Position numbers and translations under genes: made by a program. Source: a phage. From it: a DNA stretch of 64,000 nucleotides. Positions 45,301 to 53,984 of the stretch are shown here, piece after piece. The notes beneath the pieces are model-generated. The model was not told the DNA's origin. It searched no databases and saw only the letters and a list, made by a program, of their open reading frames with translations. The stretch lies in the sequence record PZ212788.1. One strand, written 5' to 3'. Each line of letters starts with the position of its first letter. Positions within the stretch are counted from its first letter, which is position 1.

Positions 45301-46220
45301 CTCAATGGGGCACAAAAATACAGGTAGACTCCGCAGGGAATAAATATGTTGCAGGTATCCAGTTGGGGATGGAAGGGTCTGGAGGCCAAGTTCAATCCTA
45401 CTTCATGGTTAGTGCAAACAATTTTGCGGTATACAACCCTGGAAATGGAACAGCAACCCTTGCTTTCGCAATCAAGAACAACCAAGCGTTCTTGAAAGAT
45501 GCTTTTATAGAGAACGGGACGATTTCATCTGCCAAGATCGCACAAGAAATTTCGTCAAACAACTACGATGGCAACGGGTACCATAAATACGGTTGGTATA
45601 TTAACAAGAACGGGCACGCCCAATTTATGGATGTATGGGTGAAAGGCAACATCAACGCCAGTTCTGGTAACTTCACAGGGGCAGTTAACGCCACTAGTGG
45701 TACCTTCCGTGGGGATGTTTATGCCAATAATGGTAGCTTTAGGGGCACCATAGATGCAACTGGAGGTACCTTCCGTGGACGTGTAGAAGCTTCCGTTATC
45801 CGTGCTAACCAGTTCGAAGGTGCAATCGTTGCACATAGGACCTACGGTGACTGTTCTCCAGTGTACAACTCGCAGCAAAGGGTTTGCCGTTGGAGGTGGA
45901 GATATGTGGACAACGTGCAAGGCCAAGGTAAGAACGTAACATTCTTCTTTAAACTGAATGGTACTCTTGCCAGCTCACAACTGAATGCATGGATAGCTGG
46001 TCATCAGATCCTTGCTGGCAAGAAGTATTTTAACGACAACAACGGCATGTGTGCGGTAGGGATAACAGGTCTGGGTGAACAAACTATAGACATTGTTATC
46101 GAGATTTACACACCGTGGTCAACGTCTAGCGTGACAGGTGTCACAATCTCCTGTCCTACTGTGATCGTTAGTCGTTCTAACTCAAGCTTCCAGGGACCTT
46201 GGAACGAGTCTCACGACTAA
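42381..46220 (+). CDS. large tail fibre/baseplate protein with FN3-like region, tandem coiled-coil repeats and Gly-rich C-terminal repeats
   Basis: 1279 aa; repeated NKATTDLLNKKTEALDEKL-type units; C-terminal repeated G(T/S)FRG. Confidence 0.5.
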   Translation: MPIAMIDNIVASARSSSYDWNASKAALADSLNTVTTRTLDKIFEGNKSYRSQQDRQKLLRSSAAPCSVVYGKTRTSGLLAFLEQDRDRTLHCAIVLANHPLEGIEDILIDGNPISSYGDLISWELHNDRKTSDPFMGTHCPSWSPDMIGRGISWLRASFRFDPNKFPFGLPNVTLVKVGKKCYDPRISKEVYTNNAALVILDYLRTYLKCPDETINWESFKEAANICDEAVRNADGTSERRYTINGEFDMDEAPASIMAEMLKACGADLSYVAGKYGLLVGAYYGPATMTLSEDCVCGEVKIYPEASFDKRSNTITGRFTSPTKGYSETDFPSVFVPEWIEKDGERKIIDIDYRFVTSPYQAQRVSAIFLRRARAGRIIEVTCNMRGFKFKPGSYVTMDLPSIGIVGQEMRVLEWEFTKKGGVKVKLRQDAKEWNDATGQLPDSGDVDIPISPSGVAQPQNFRYSVLQAGEVTHGVLAWDNVGTYAQNIVQVRKNGEIVWTAQTVEQFVRVEGLTKGSYTATVVATSYKGGVSPEAYCEFNIQAPEAPVSVEVKQGYFAITLIPHSRDLASVSTQYDFWTSGMTRLPDTSDATVTSKATRMGVGSTWTSEGLQNDKIYYWYIRTTNAFGSSQFVECAARCYTSIEDLMPQIDAEFKKTETYKELMSTLDSSIEEVENRVTELNRYMDGRVDEAFQQLGDRIGAVVTETTQKFEDVNGNITALDRKLVAAQNKFTNDLNTESGRLASLIETTNKATTDLLNKKTEALDEKLVAAKGELVEQIEGVESGYLAGDKTLDGKINTQRTELDASILSTNQATVDLLNRTSETLDQKISQTNATVSKNYTTLDGKITTAKTDLNTLIANTNKATTDLLNQKTSALSEQITSARGEISTNKQAIDALDGKLTSTKTALDATISDTNKATVDLINGTASAIRQELAVAKQEIIDDVGDVSEIRAAVATTSKAVTDLEGKVNAQWGTKIQVDSAGNKYVAGIQLGMEGSGGQVQSYFMVSANNFAVYNPGNGTATLAFAIKNNQAFLKDAFIENGTISSAKIAQEISSNNYDGNGYHKYGWYINKNGHAQFMDVWVKGNINASSGNFTGAVNATSGTFRGDVYANNGSFRGTIDATGGTFRGRVEASVIRANQFEGAIVAHRTYGDCSPVYNSQQRVCRWRWRYVDNVQGQGKNVTFFFKLNGTLASSQLNAWIAGHQILAGKKYFNDNNGMCAVGITGLGEQTIDIVIEIYTPWSTSSVTGVTISCPTVIVSRSNSSFQGPWNESHD
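44570..45200 (+). repeat. in-frame tandem repeats encoding coiled-coil heptad units
   Basis: At least four imperfect copies of about 120 nt (TNKATTDLLN.KT..L...). Confidence 0.5.
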
Positions 46221-46228
46221 CCTTTAAA

Positions 46229-46254
46229 GCCCCGCTTCGGCGGGGTTTATTTTT
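46229..46254 (+). terminator. rho-independent terminator
   Basis: GCCCCGC-TTCG-GCGGGG hairpin followed by TTTATTTTT. Confidence 0.65.
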
Positions 46255-46263
46255 ATGCTCAGA

Positions 46264-46292
46264 TTGACTATTGTTACAAAATTTGGTAAAAT
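46264..46292 (+). promoter_or_regulatory. sigma70-like promoter TTGACT-N17-TAAAAT (extended -10 TGg)
   Basis: TGGTAAAATACC motif. Confidence 0.5.
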
Positions 46293-46325
46293 ACCTTGTA
46301 GAGATTTTCATACCGGAGGAGTGAC

Positions 46326-47816
46326 GTGGCTAAGTATGGATTGACAGAGGCTGGTTTCGTTATACCAACCCTAAATGACCTAATCGTTGAAACTAAGCAA
46401 AGCCTGATCCGTGCTTTTGGCGAAAACTTCAACGTACAGAGTAACTCCGTTGCAGATAAGCTGACCACTATCTTCAACGAGCGAGAGTATCAACTTATTC
46501 TTATGGCAGCATCTGTATACGCATCACAGACGCTGTATGGGGCAGAAGGTATCTACCTAGATGAGCTTCTTGGAAGACAGGGTATTTACCGAAGAGGCCG
46601 TTCTAAATCATCAGGTACCTGCCAGTTGACAATCAACACAACTGTGCCGTACAATATGATTTATGATTCCAAAACTTATACGCTGGACAGTGGCAACTTT
46701 GTTCTTAGCAACGATGTGCAAGTAGCAGGGAATCTTATTGCTCACAGAATAAATGCTCCAGACCTAAGGATTGGGAAATACAACTTCCAAATTACCAACC
46801 AGACAGATGGAAGTATCAAAACAAAAAGTCTGGTTTTAACAGATAAGTCTCTGGACTCTTCTGATTTGCCAAGCTTTTACGGAGAGATTAAGCAATTCAT
46901 TGTCGATAATACAACCCTGTTGAACGACGATTTGATTCAGGTCGATATGTTGACAGGAACGTTGTGGATAGGGTACAATTCGAATCTTGATCAAGTTGGA
47001 CTTAATAGTAGAGTAGATTTCAGAGTATCCCCGATTGTAGGGGAAAGAACTATCACCCTGGATGTTATCGCTAACGAGGCTGGTGAGCTGTCAAGAGAGG
47101 CAGAAACCGTGACAACAATGTCACCTACTCCCAGTGGATTTATCAAGCTTACCAACCGAGAAAGATTCAACGAGGGCAGGGATGTTGAGAAAGATTCCGA
47201 GTATCGCTTAAGAGCTTCCAGCACAAAACAGTTAACATCGAAGGCTACCCGTCCTGCAATCCTTAGCGCTGTAAGCGAGGTGAAAGGTGTTGAGAAAGTG
47301 AGAGTGTTCTCCAACAACACTGATAAAACTGATGCTAAAGGTATACCTCCTTACAAGTTCCAAGTGGTTGTGTTTGGTGGTGCAACGGAGGACATTTGCC
47401 AAGCACTTTACCAAACTATAGCCTGTACGAACAGGACTTATGGTAATATTTTCTACGATGTCACTACATCTGACGGTCAAACTGAAAGAATTTATTACTC
47501 CAAGGCAAATACCTACCGCCTAGATGTAAGAATTACCTATTCCGGCGCTGCGCTTTCCACAACCGAAAAAGATGCCATTGTAGAGGCTCTTTTGCAGGTT
47601 GTTAACGGACTGGATGTTGCAGATACGTTGTACAATATCCAATTGGTCGGTGCTGCATCCGCTGCTGTGTCGATAGGTAGATTTAATAGACTGGTAATTC
47701 AAGTTAAACCAGTAGGAGCTTCTGATGAAGCTTACACTACAAACGATATTGTTGCGAACATGACCGAGGTGTTTGACCTCGACGAAAGTAATATAACTTT
47801 CCAACAAACTATTTAA
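46326..47816 (+). CDS. baseplate J-like protein (putative)
   Basis: GTG start with GGAGGAG RBS; N-terminus YGLTEAGFVIPTLNDLIVETKQSLIRAFGENF resembles baseplate J/gp6 family. Confidence 0.5.
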   Translation: MAKYGLTEAGFVIPTLNDLIVETKQSLIRAFGENFNVQSNSVADKLTTIFNEREYQLILMAASVYASQTLYGAEGIYLDELLGRQGIYRRGRSKSSGTCQLTINTTVPYNMIYDSKTYTLDSGNFVLSNDVQVAGNLIAHRINAPDLRIGKYNFQITNQTDGSIKTKSLVLTDKSLDSSDLPSFYGEIKQFIVDNTTLLNDDLIQVDMLTGTLWIGYNSNLDQVGLNSRVDFRVSPIVGERTITLDVIANEAGELSREAETVTTMSPTPSGFIKLTNRERFNEGRDVEKDSEYRLRASSTKQLTSKATRPAILSAVSEVKGVEKVRVFSNNTDKTDAKGIPPYKFQVVVFGGATEDICQALYQTIACTNRTYGNIFYDVTTSDGQTERIYYSKANTYRLDVRITYSGAALSTTEKDAIVEALLQVVNGLDVADTLYNIQLVGAASAAVSIGRFNRLVIQVKPVGASDEAYTTNDIVANMTEVFDLDESNITFQQTI

Positions 47817-47827
47817 GGCGGCGAGAT

Positions 47828-48514
47828 ATGGCAGAGATTAAGTCGGATGTTAACCACATCCACACTCTGCCAGATTTTGTTCAGGGAGGTCTTGACTACC
47901 TGCCTGGAGATTTTCTGGCTGAGAAGGTTAATTTAGTCACATTCTTAACCGTATACCTTAAAAGGTTGGAGGATGTTGATAAGATGCTGGTAGGTTTGGC
48001 TGAAGGAAGATTGCTTAACAATGCCAGCGGAAGATACCTTGACGAAGTTGGTAATCAACTTGGTATTCTTAGGAATGGACTTTCAGATGCTGATTTTCGT
48101 GCCACACTAATTATTCAGCAGGCCGCAGCATCAAGGGGCGGGACTCGCGAAGATGTCATCTCCACCTTGCGACAATTGTTCGGAAGAGACAATTTCGATA
48201 CGTGGAAAGGAGACAACTTCAGGTTTGACATAAATATTAGAAAAACTTGCTTTGACATATTGCAGTCTATCGATCAGATCTTAGATATGCTACCATTGCC
48301 TTGTCATTTGCGTCTTACAGAATCGCAAGGGCAAGCTTTTGGTTTTGAAGGGGACTCTACAGCTCTTGGCTTCGGATCAGTATGGGAAGAAAACCAGTTT
48401 GGAGTTGGTGGGCTGGCTACTTTGCTGTATGTTCCTGACGTAAGACCTGATTGGGACACCACAACCATTTATTGTGAAAGTATTACAGTAAACGCAACTA
48501 GACAGGAGGGTTAA
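47828..48514 (+). CDS. baseplate/tail protein I-like (putative)
   Basis: Follows J-like gene; LDYLPGDF motif. Confidence 0.4.
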   Translation: MAEIKSDVNHIHTLPDFVQGGLDYLPGDFLAEKVNLVTFLTVYLKRLEDVDKMLVGLAEGRLLNNASGRYLDEVGNQLGILRNGLSDADFRATLIIQQAAASRGGTREDVISTLRQLFGRDNFDTWKGDNFRFDINIRKTCFDILQSIDQILDMLPLPCHLRLTESQGQAFGFEGDSTALGFGSVWEENQFGVGGLATLLYVPDVRPDWDTTTIYCESITVNATRQEG

Positions 48515-50586
48515 TGGCAACAGCTGTTTTTAAACCTTACCGTGATTACTCTACAATGGCTGCACGGTTTCATTACCGAACAGTTCAGGATACTGCCGTT
48601 CCTGGTAGGGATTATGATCATGTTGAGGGCGATGTAACTATCCCAGTTGGGGCAACCAGTATTGAGATCCCCGTGGAAATTGTTGACAAATTACCCAACA
48701 GGTTGCCAAGAAGCTTCTTTATGGAGTTTTCATCAAAATCTCAAGGGGTGATGATTGGAACACAAAGGGCGAAATGTACAATAGTTTCAGATGAGAATCT
48801 TGACAGGATATCTTGGGATACTGTTGAGGAGAGAATGTTTCACCCAAGATATTGGGTTACAACCACTCAGCAGACTGAAAGTACCTGTATTGTTGCAGAT
48901 AACAACTGTTGTATTAACCGTTTAGTGTCAAGAACATATGGAGGTATGGCTGGGTGCATTTGGGAAACAGTTGACAAGTATGACCATTTCGGTATTGGGT
49001 TTGATGATCACTATGAGATGAGAAACACCAAGCTTTGGTTCAGAATGTCAATAACCAATGCCAGCAACTTCTCCACCCCTGAAAAGATGATTATGACTGT
49101 AGACCTTGTTGATGGCACAATCATCTATGTTCCTTTAGCTCAATATGCTGTCAGCATCTCAGAGGATAAGAATGTTGCAGAGATTCATATTGATTTCGAG
49201 GACTGCGTCGGGATGGATCAGAACAACAACATGATGGGTGTTGATCCTCGACAGGTGAGAAGGATTTTAATACCGCTTATGCCTAAAGACTGGGTAAGTA
49301 ATAGCACAGACCCGAGAACGGAAAATGTAGAGTGTGAGTTGCGCCTAGATCTGCTCCAGCCAGACACAGGCTGGAAAATGATGCAACTTAACAATATTCA
49401 GGTTAAAGAGCACGACGTTGGGATCTGCACCGCATATGACGATATGTGGAACGTATCTCCTTTAAGGGTGTTGAACAATATCAAGCGTCTGGGCTATACC
49501 GGAACCATAAACCATTATGTTGGTATGAGTCATTATTATGACTACACATGGTCAGGAACCCAATGGTCTATAAACAGAACAGGGGCGCTAAACGCTGCAG
49601 CTTATAAATGGCATGATGATTTTATGTACAATGCCAAACGACATAACTTCGACGTTATGCAATCTGTAAGTTTTGAGCTTTTCAGCGATGCCTGCCCGTT
49701 GGAATGGACCCAAAGAGACTGGAACGATAACTACGCTAAAACAGGGTATACACCCTGTAGCTACCTCCTGTCTCCAACCATTGAAGAGGGTATGAATTTC
49801 CTTACTGCAGTATTTAAGAATTTTGCATCAGCCGCTATGAGAAACAACCTGCCAGTGATTATGCAGGTTGGTGAACCGTGGTGGTGGTACAATACCGATA
49901 CTCGTAGACCTTGTATTTATGATTACCCTACAAAGCAGGCGTTTTATGATGAGACAGGTGAGTATGCATTAGATATTGGGACTATTGACGATCCTAAAAC
50001 TGGCGGTGTTTACGACAAGTATGTAGCATTTTGTCGTGGTAAGCTTGGCGCTCGTATTGCGGCTATTTCAAAGGCAATAAAGGCACACGCTGCATCAGCT
50101 CAGATGACAGCTTTGCTGTTTTTCCCAACCATCATGGAAACCGAGCTTACGCAAAAGCTGAACCTTGCTGACCAATATAAAAAGGAAGCAGGTGCTCTTG
50201 ATTTCTTCTGCACCGAGTGCTACGATTGGGTGATGCAGGGAGGTATTGAAAAGGCAAAAGAGTCTGTAAACATACCTATCGTTAAGTTAGGTTGGCAACC
50301 GTCTGAAATACAATACCTTGCAGGGTTCGTTCCTAGTAAAGAGCTTGCTCCGGTATATGGCTACGACCCAACCAGGAATTACCAAGAATTTTTATGGAGA
50401 TGTATCTGCGGAAACATGGCAACCATAGAGTATAGATACCCTGAGGTAAAACAGTATGTGTGGGCATACCCGCAAGTAATGTCTGACAGCATCACTGTTA
50501 CAGCCAGAGATTCTACCGTGCTTCATATGGGGCAGGTTGCTCTGAAAGGGTATGTAGAAGATGTTGTCCCTCCAGACTTCTCATAA
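48514..50586 (+). CDS. tail fibre/receptor-binding protein with Calx-beta-like N-terminal segment
   Basis: DYDHVEGDVTIPVGATSIEIPVEIVD resembles Calx-beta motif; Trp-rich C-terminal domain. Confidence 0.4.
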   Translation: MATAVFKPYRDYSTMAARFHYRTVQDTAVPGRDYDHVEGDVTIPVGATSIEIPVEIVDKLPNRLPRSFFMEFSSKSQGVMIGTQRAKCTIVSDENLDRISWDTVEERMFHPRYWVTTTQQTESTCIVADNNCCINRLVSRTYGGMAGCIWETVDKYDHFGIGFDDHYEMRNTKLWFRMSITNASNFSTPEKMIMTVDLVDGTIIYVPLAQYAVSISEDKNVAEIHIDFEDCVGMDQNNNMMGVDPRQVRRILIPLMPKDWVSNSTDPRTENVECELRLDLLQPDTGWKMMQLNNIQVKEHDVGICTAYDDMWNVSPLRVLNNIKRLGYTGTINHYVGMSHYYDYTWSGTQWSINRTGALNAAAYKWHDDFMYNAKRHNFDVMQSVSFELFSDACPLEWTQRDWNDNYAKTGYTPCSYLLSPTIEEGMNFLTAVFKNFASAAMRNNLPVIMQVGEPWWWYNTDTRRPCIYDYPTKQAFYDETGEYALDIGTIDDPKTGGVYDKYVAFCRGKLGARIAAISKAIKAHAASAQMTALLFFPTIMETELTQKLNLADQYKKEAGALDFFCTECYDWVMQGGIEKAKESVNIPIVKLGWQPSEIQYLAGFVPSKELAPVYGYDPTRNYQEFLWRCICGNMATIEYRYPEVKQYVWAYPQVMSDSITVTARDSTVLHMGQVALKGYVEDVVPPDFS

Positions 50587-50598
50587 TCAGGAGATAAA

Positions 50599-51639
50599 AT
50601 GTCAAAACCTAGTTTTCCATTAGAGATTTGGGCAGAGGAGGATCAGGTTCTGCCTAACACCCACAGACAGAACAGGCTACGCCCGATTGATGATTTGTGG
50701 AGAAAAGGTTGGGATCTTGGTCAAAAGCCATCCTGTGAAGAACTTAACTATATTTTCAATATGCTCGGAACTTGGGCAAAATACATTGCTGACGAGCAGA
50801 TCCCCGCTCAAGAAGGCCGTTATCTGGTACGTGATAATAACTTGAGCGATCTTTTGAACATCCCTGTTGCCCGTAGAAACCTTGGGATTATCACTAAGGA
50901 AGAGGCAGACGCCAGGTATGTAAAAGTTACAGGTGATACAATGACAGGCCCCTTGGGGTTGCAACGTATCAACTTTAAAGCTGCCGAGACAGATAAGGCT
51001 TGGATAGAGACAACTATTGGCCCAGATAAGACAACTCTCGACTTTGGGTTAAGTGATAATACCGGGTCGTTTGATGATGGTGGTACATCTACAGTAGATG
51101 CGTTTCGTTGGAGATTCCAGCCAACTCAGCCGGATATTAATCCAGAGTTCACTTTGATGTACCTTAACGCGATCACGGCTAATCGTGCGCTGTTGAAAGT
51201 GGTAGGCAATGTTGAAGTTGTCGATAACATGAGGTGCAATAACCTTACTATCAGCAATACAGCAACATTCACCAACTGTAATGTGGCTAGTCAGTTGACG
51301 GCTGGGTCAGTATATGTTAATGGTGGTGCAAGTTGTGACAGTATGGTTGTAAGAAGCCAGCACTGTGTTGTCGGTAACAGAAATGTGGTGCGCTCCGTGA
51401 ATGGAGTGACGGCTAACGGTAACGGTGATGTAACGATCACTATCCCGCAGACAGGTGTGCAAGACATCAGAATCGGTGCAAGACTTGTGGACGGCGTTTC
51501 TGAATCTCCAATCCGCAACGGCTACGTTGTCACAGGCTGGCATTTCGGTGACAAAAAAGAGATGCGTGGTTCAACCTACTGGGCAGGACCTTTACAAAAA
51601 CTTGTAAATGGTCAATGGATCACTGTTAATTATGCATAG
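50599..51639 (+). CDS. tail fibre protein, paralog A
   Basis: Shares N-terminus and C-terminus QKLVNGQWIT with 52654..53697. Confidence 0.55.
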   Translation: MSKPSFPLEIWAEEDQVLPNTHRQNRLRPIDDLWRKGWDLGQKPSCEELNYIFNMLGTWAKYIADEQIPAQEGRYLVRDNNLSDLLNIPVARRNLGIITKEEADARYVKVTGDTMTGPLGLQRINFKAAETDKAWIETTIGPDKTTLDFGLSDNTGSFDDGGTSTVDAFRWRFQPTQPDINPEFTLMYLNAITANRALLKVVGNVEVVDNMRCNNLTISNTATFTNCNVASQLTAGSVYVNGGASCDSMVVRSQHCVVGNRNVVRSVNGVTANGNGDVTITIPQTGVQDIRIGARLVDGVSESPIRNGYVVTGWHFGDKKEMRGSTYWAGPLQKLVNGQWITVNYA

Positions 51640-51653
51640 ATCGGAGGACTAGC

Positions 51654-52238
51654 ATGAAAATACTTCAAGAGTTTAAACTTTACCAACCGGGATCTGGCGA
51701 ATACCACTCCAACAAGGAAACCAAGGAGCTGACCCCTCAAGAGGTCGAGGATTACACCGCATACACTGGGTATTTTTTACGTAATGATGATGGTGATTGG
51801 TATGTGCAGTCACGAACATTACGACAAGAAAATCCAGGGTGTATCTTCCTACTTGTTGACGAGAAGGGAATTCTTAAGACATCTACAGAAGAACCTGATG
51901 CCTTATGGCCTGCTCCAGGTCTTCGTGTGGTTATCGCCAAAAAAGAAGAGGTACCAGAAAACATTATGCTTCACCACGACGCTTTGCGTTTAGTTGGTGA
52001 TGAATTTGTCACAGACAATGAATTCTTTGTTCAACAGGCAGAGGGTGTCATAGAGACAGAACTTGCTTGGGCTACTGCTAGAATTGGTGCCTATCAAGAC
52101 ATGATTGACCTTGAATATGATCTTACTGATGACCAGAAACGTAACATCAGAGATTTGAAAATGTACAGGGTAAAACTTCTTGAAATAGATACATCTAAAG
52201 CCCCTGACATTTTCTTCCCGGAGCGACCTACCCTCTAA
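51654..52238 (+). CDS. tail fibre assembly protein (Tfa-like chaperone)
   Basis: C-terminal YRVKLLEIDTSKAPDIFFPERP matches conserved tail-fibre-assembly C-terminus. Confidence 0.55.
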   Translation: MKILQEFKLYQPGSGEYHSNKETKELTPQEVEDYTAYTGYFLRNDDGDWYVQSRTLRQENPGCIFLLVDEKGILKTSTEEPDALWPAPGLRVVIAKKEEVPENIMLHHDALRLVGDEFVTDNEFFVQQAEGVIETELAWATARIGAYQDMIDLEYDLTDDQKRNIRDLKMYRVKLLEIDTSKAPDIFFPERPTL

Positions 52239-52249
52239 GAGGAGGTGTT

Positions 52250-52564
52250 GTGGAGTTGGATTTGGCGGCATTGTACGGTATCTGCATGGGTACCGTTGTC
52301 CCGATCTGTGTATGGGCTTTCAACCAGTGGCACACCAAATGGAAAGGCATTTCCAAGAGGTTGGATGAGCTGGAGAAAGACCTCATCTTAGTGAAAAACA
52401 GTATGGTTACAAAAGATAGACTTGATTCCGTTATCGAGACTCGGTTAAGCAAGCTAGAGGCCGATATTAACGACCTTAAGCAGGATGTCAGGACAGATGT
52501 CTCCGGCATCCGAGCTGATGTACAAAAGATTTTGCACATGCTCGTAGAGCATAGTAAAAGGTAA
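52250..52564 (+). CDS. membrane-anchored coiled-coil protein
   Basis: GTG start with AAGAGGAGG RBS; N-terminal TM segment then heptad-repeat region. Confidence 0.4.
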   Translation: MELDLAALYGICMGTVVPICVWAFNQWHTKWKGISKRLDELEKDLILVKNSMVTKDRLDSVIETRLSKLEADINDLKQDVRTDVSGIRADVQKILHMLVEHSKR

Positions 52565-52573
52565 ACAAAGGTC

Positions 52574-52606
52574 AGAACGGAAAGGACTCCGTTCTTGCAT
52601 TTTGTT
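52574..52606 (+). terminator. hairpin terminator
   Basis: AGAACGG-loop-CCGTTCT followed by TTTTGTT. Confidence 0.4.
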
Positions 52607-52623
52607 CTCTAAAGTGTTAAAAT
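52595..52623 (+). promoter_or_regulatory. candidate promoter TTGCAT-N17-TAAAAT (extended -10 TGt)
   Basis: Motif spacing upstream of fibre paralog B. Confidence 0.4.
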
Positions 52624-52653
52624 AGTCCTAAGGAATTTTCTCAGGAGAACGTG

Positions 52654-53697
52654 ATGACTAAACCAGTTATCCCTCTTGATATTTGGGCCAATCAGGATGT
52701 TGTGCTTGAAAATACGGGAGAGTTGAATAAGTCTCAACCAAAAAAAGAAGAGAGATTGAAAGGTTGGGATATGACACAAAGAATGGCATGTGAAGTTGTT
52801 AACTTTGAACTTCACATGCTTTCTGCGTGGTTGAAGCATTTAACAGAAGATGTTGTCCCAGGATGGGATAATAGATTCTTAAAGGTCACTAATAATCTAG
52901 CAGACGTTCCAGACAAAGCTGCTGCACGTCAAGTTCTCAATGTATACTCACCTGAAGAAATGGACGATCTATATGTTGACAAGTCTGGAGACATAATGAC
53001 TCAGACTCAAACTTTAGGTCTCCAAAGAATCGAGTTTGCATCTGCGTCAACAGACAGTGCGGCAATATATACCACCATAACGCCAGACAAGACGACGATG
53101 GATTTCTGGATTATGGACAACATCGGTGGTGCTGACGGCACAGACCTTGATGATCCTTCTCACCAAATAGACGGGTTCCGTTGGAGATTTCAACCTTCTG
53201 GTGGGCAGCCTGTGTTTTCGGCTATGAAGCTCAATGCTATAACTGCCAACCGTGCAAGACTGGCTATCCAAGGAAATCTTGAATGCAACGATGCAAAAAG
53301 TTCCTCTGCAAATGCCAATGCGGTCACGATACCAAGAGCCACTGTTAACGGACAACAATCCTGCGGAAGCGCTCAAATAGGTGGAAGAGTTGATTGTAAC
53401 GATGAAACCGTTAGAGGCCAATATGCAACCGTTGGTGGAAGAAACGTGGTCCGCAGGGTAAACGGTAACAGCGCAGACGGTAGTGGTAACCTTACTGTCC
53501 CTATGCCCAGTAGAGGGGTTGACGATGTAAGGATAGCAAACCGTTTCAAAACCACCTACAGAGAGTCAAGAGTCTACCCTGGACATGTGATGTGCTCTGG
53601 TAACTACGCTTATAAACACCCTTATCAAGGTGATTACTGGACAGGTGCTATCCAAAAACTTGTAAACGGTCAATGGATCACTATATCTTATGCTTAA
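52654..53697 (+). CDS. tail fibre protein, paralog B
   Basis: AGGAG RBS; conserved termini with paralog A, divergent central region. Confidence 0.55.
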   Translation: MTKPVIPLDIWANQDVVLENTGELNKSQPKKEERLKGWDMTQRMACEVVNFELHMLSAWLKHLTEDVVPGWDNRFLKVTNNLADVPDKAAARQVLNVYSPEEMDDLYVDKSGDIMTQTQTLGLQRIEFASASTDSAAIYTTITPDKTTMDFWIMDNIGGADGTDLDDPSHQIDGFRWRFQPSGGQPVFSAMKLNAITANRARLAIQGNLECNDAKSSSANANAVTIPRATVNGQQSCGSAQIGGRVDCNDETVRGQYATVGGRNVVRRVNGNSADGSGNLTVPMPSRGVDDVRIANRFKTTYRESRVYPGHVMCSGNYAYKHPYQGDYWTGAIQKLVNGQWITISYA

Positions 53698-53708
53698 AAA
53701 GAGGGTAA

Positions 53709-53975
53709 ATGAAACTAACTCAGTTTTTATGGGGACTGGTTGCGGCATCTGATGACCCTACGAAAGTATCCCAATCTAAGCTATGGTCGAACATAGGCAT
53801 GGCGGTGATGACTGGGGTGTTTATTCATATGGGGTATAATGATACGCTTCCTGAATGGTATGCGTGGATATATGCACCTTCAGTAGCCTGCCCCCAGCTT
53901 ATTAGCAAATTCATCTCGCTCCGGTGGGGTTGCCAGCACCCTGACCACGTTAAAAACGAAGAGCAAAAAGCTTAA
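53709..53975 (+). CDS. small membrane protein, candidate holin
   Basis: 88 aa, two hydrophobic segments, charged C-terminus; no other holin-like ORF found near endolysin. Confidence 0.3.
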   Translation: MKLTQFLWGLVAASDDPTKVSQSKLWSNIGMAVMTGVFIHMGYNDTLPEWYAWIYAPSVACPQLISKFISLRWGCQHPDHVKNEEQKA

Positions 53976-53984
53976 GGAGAAATC

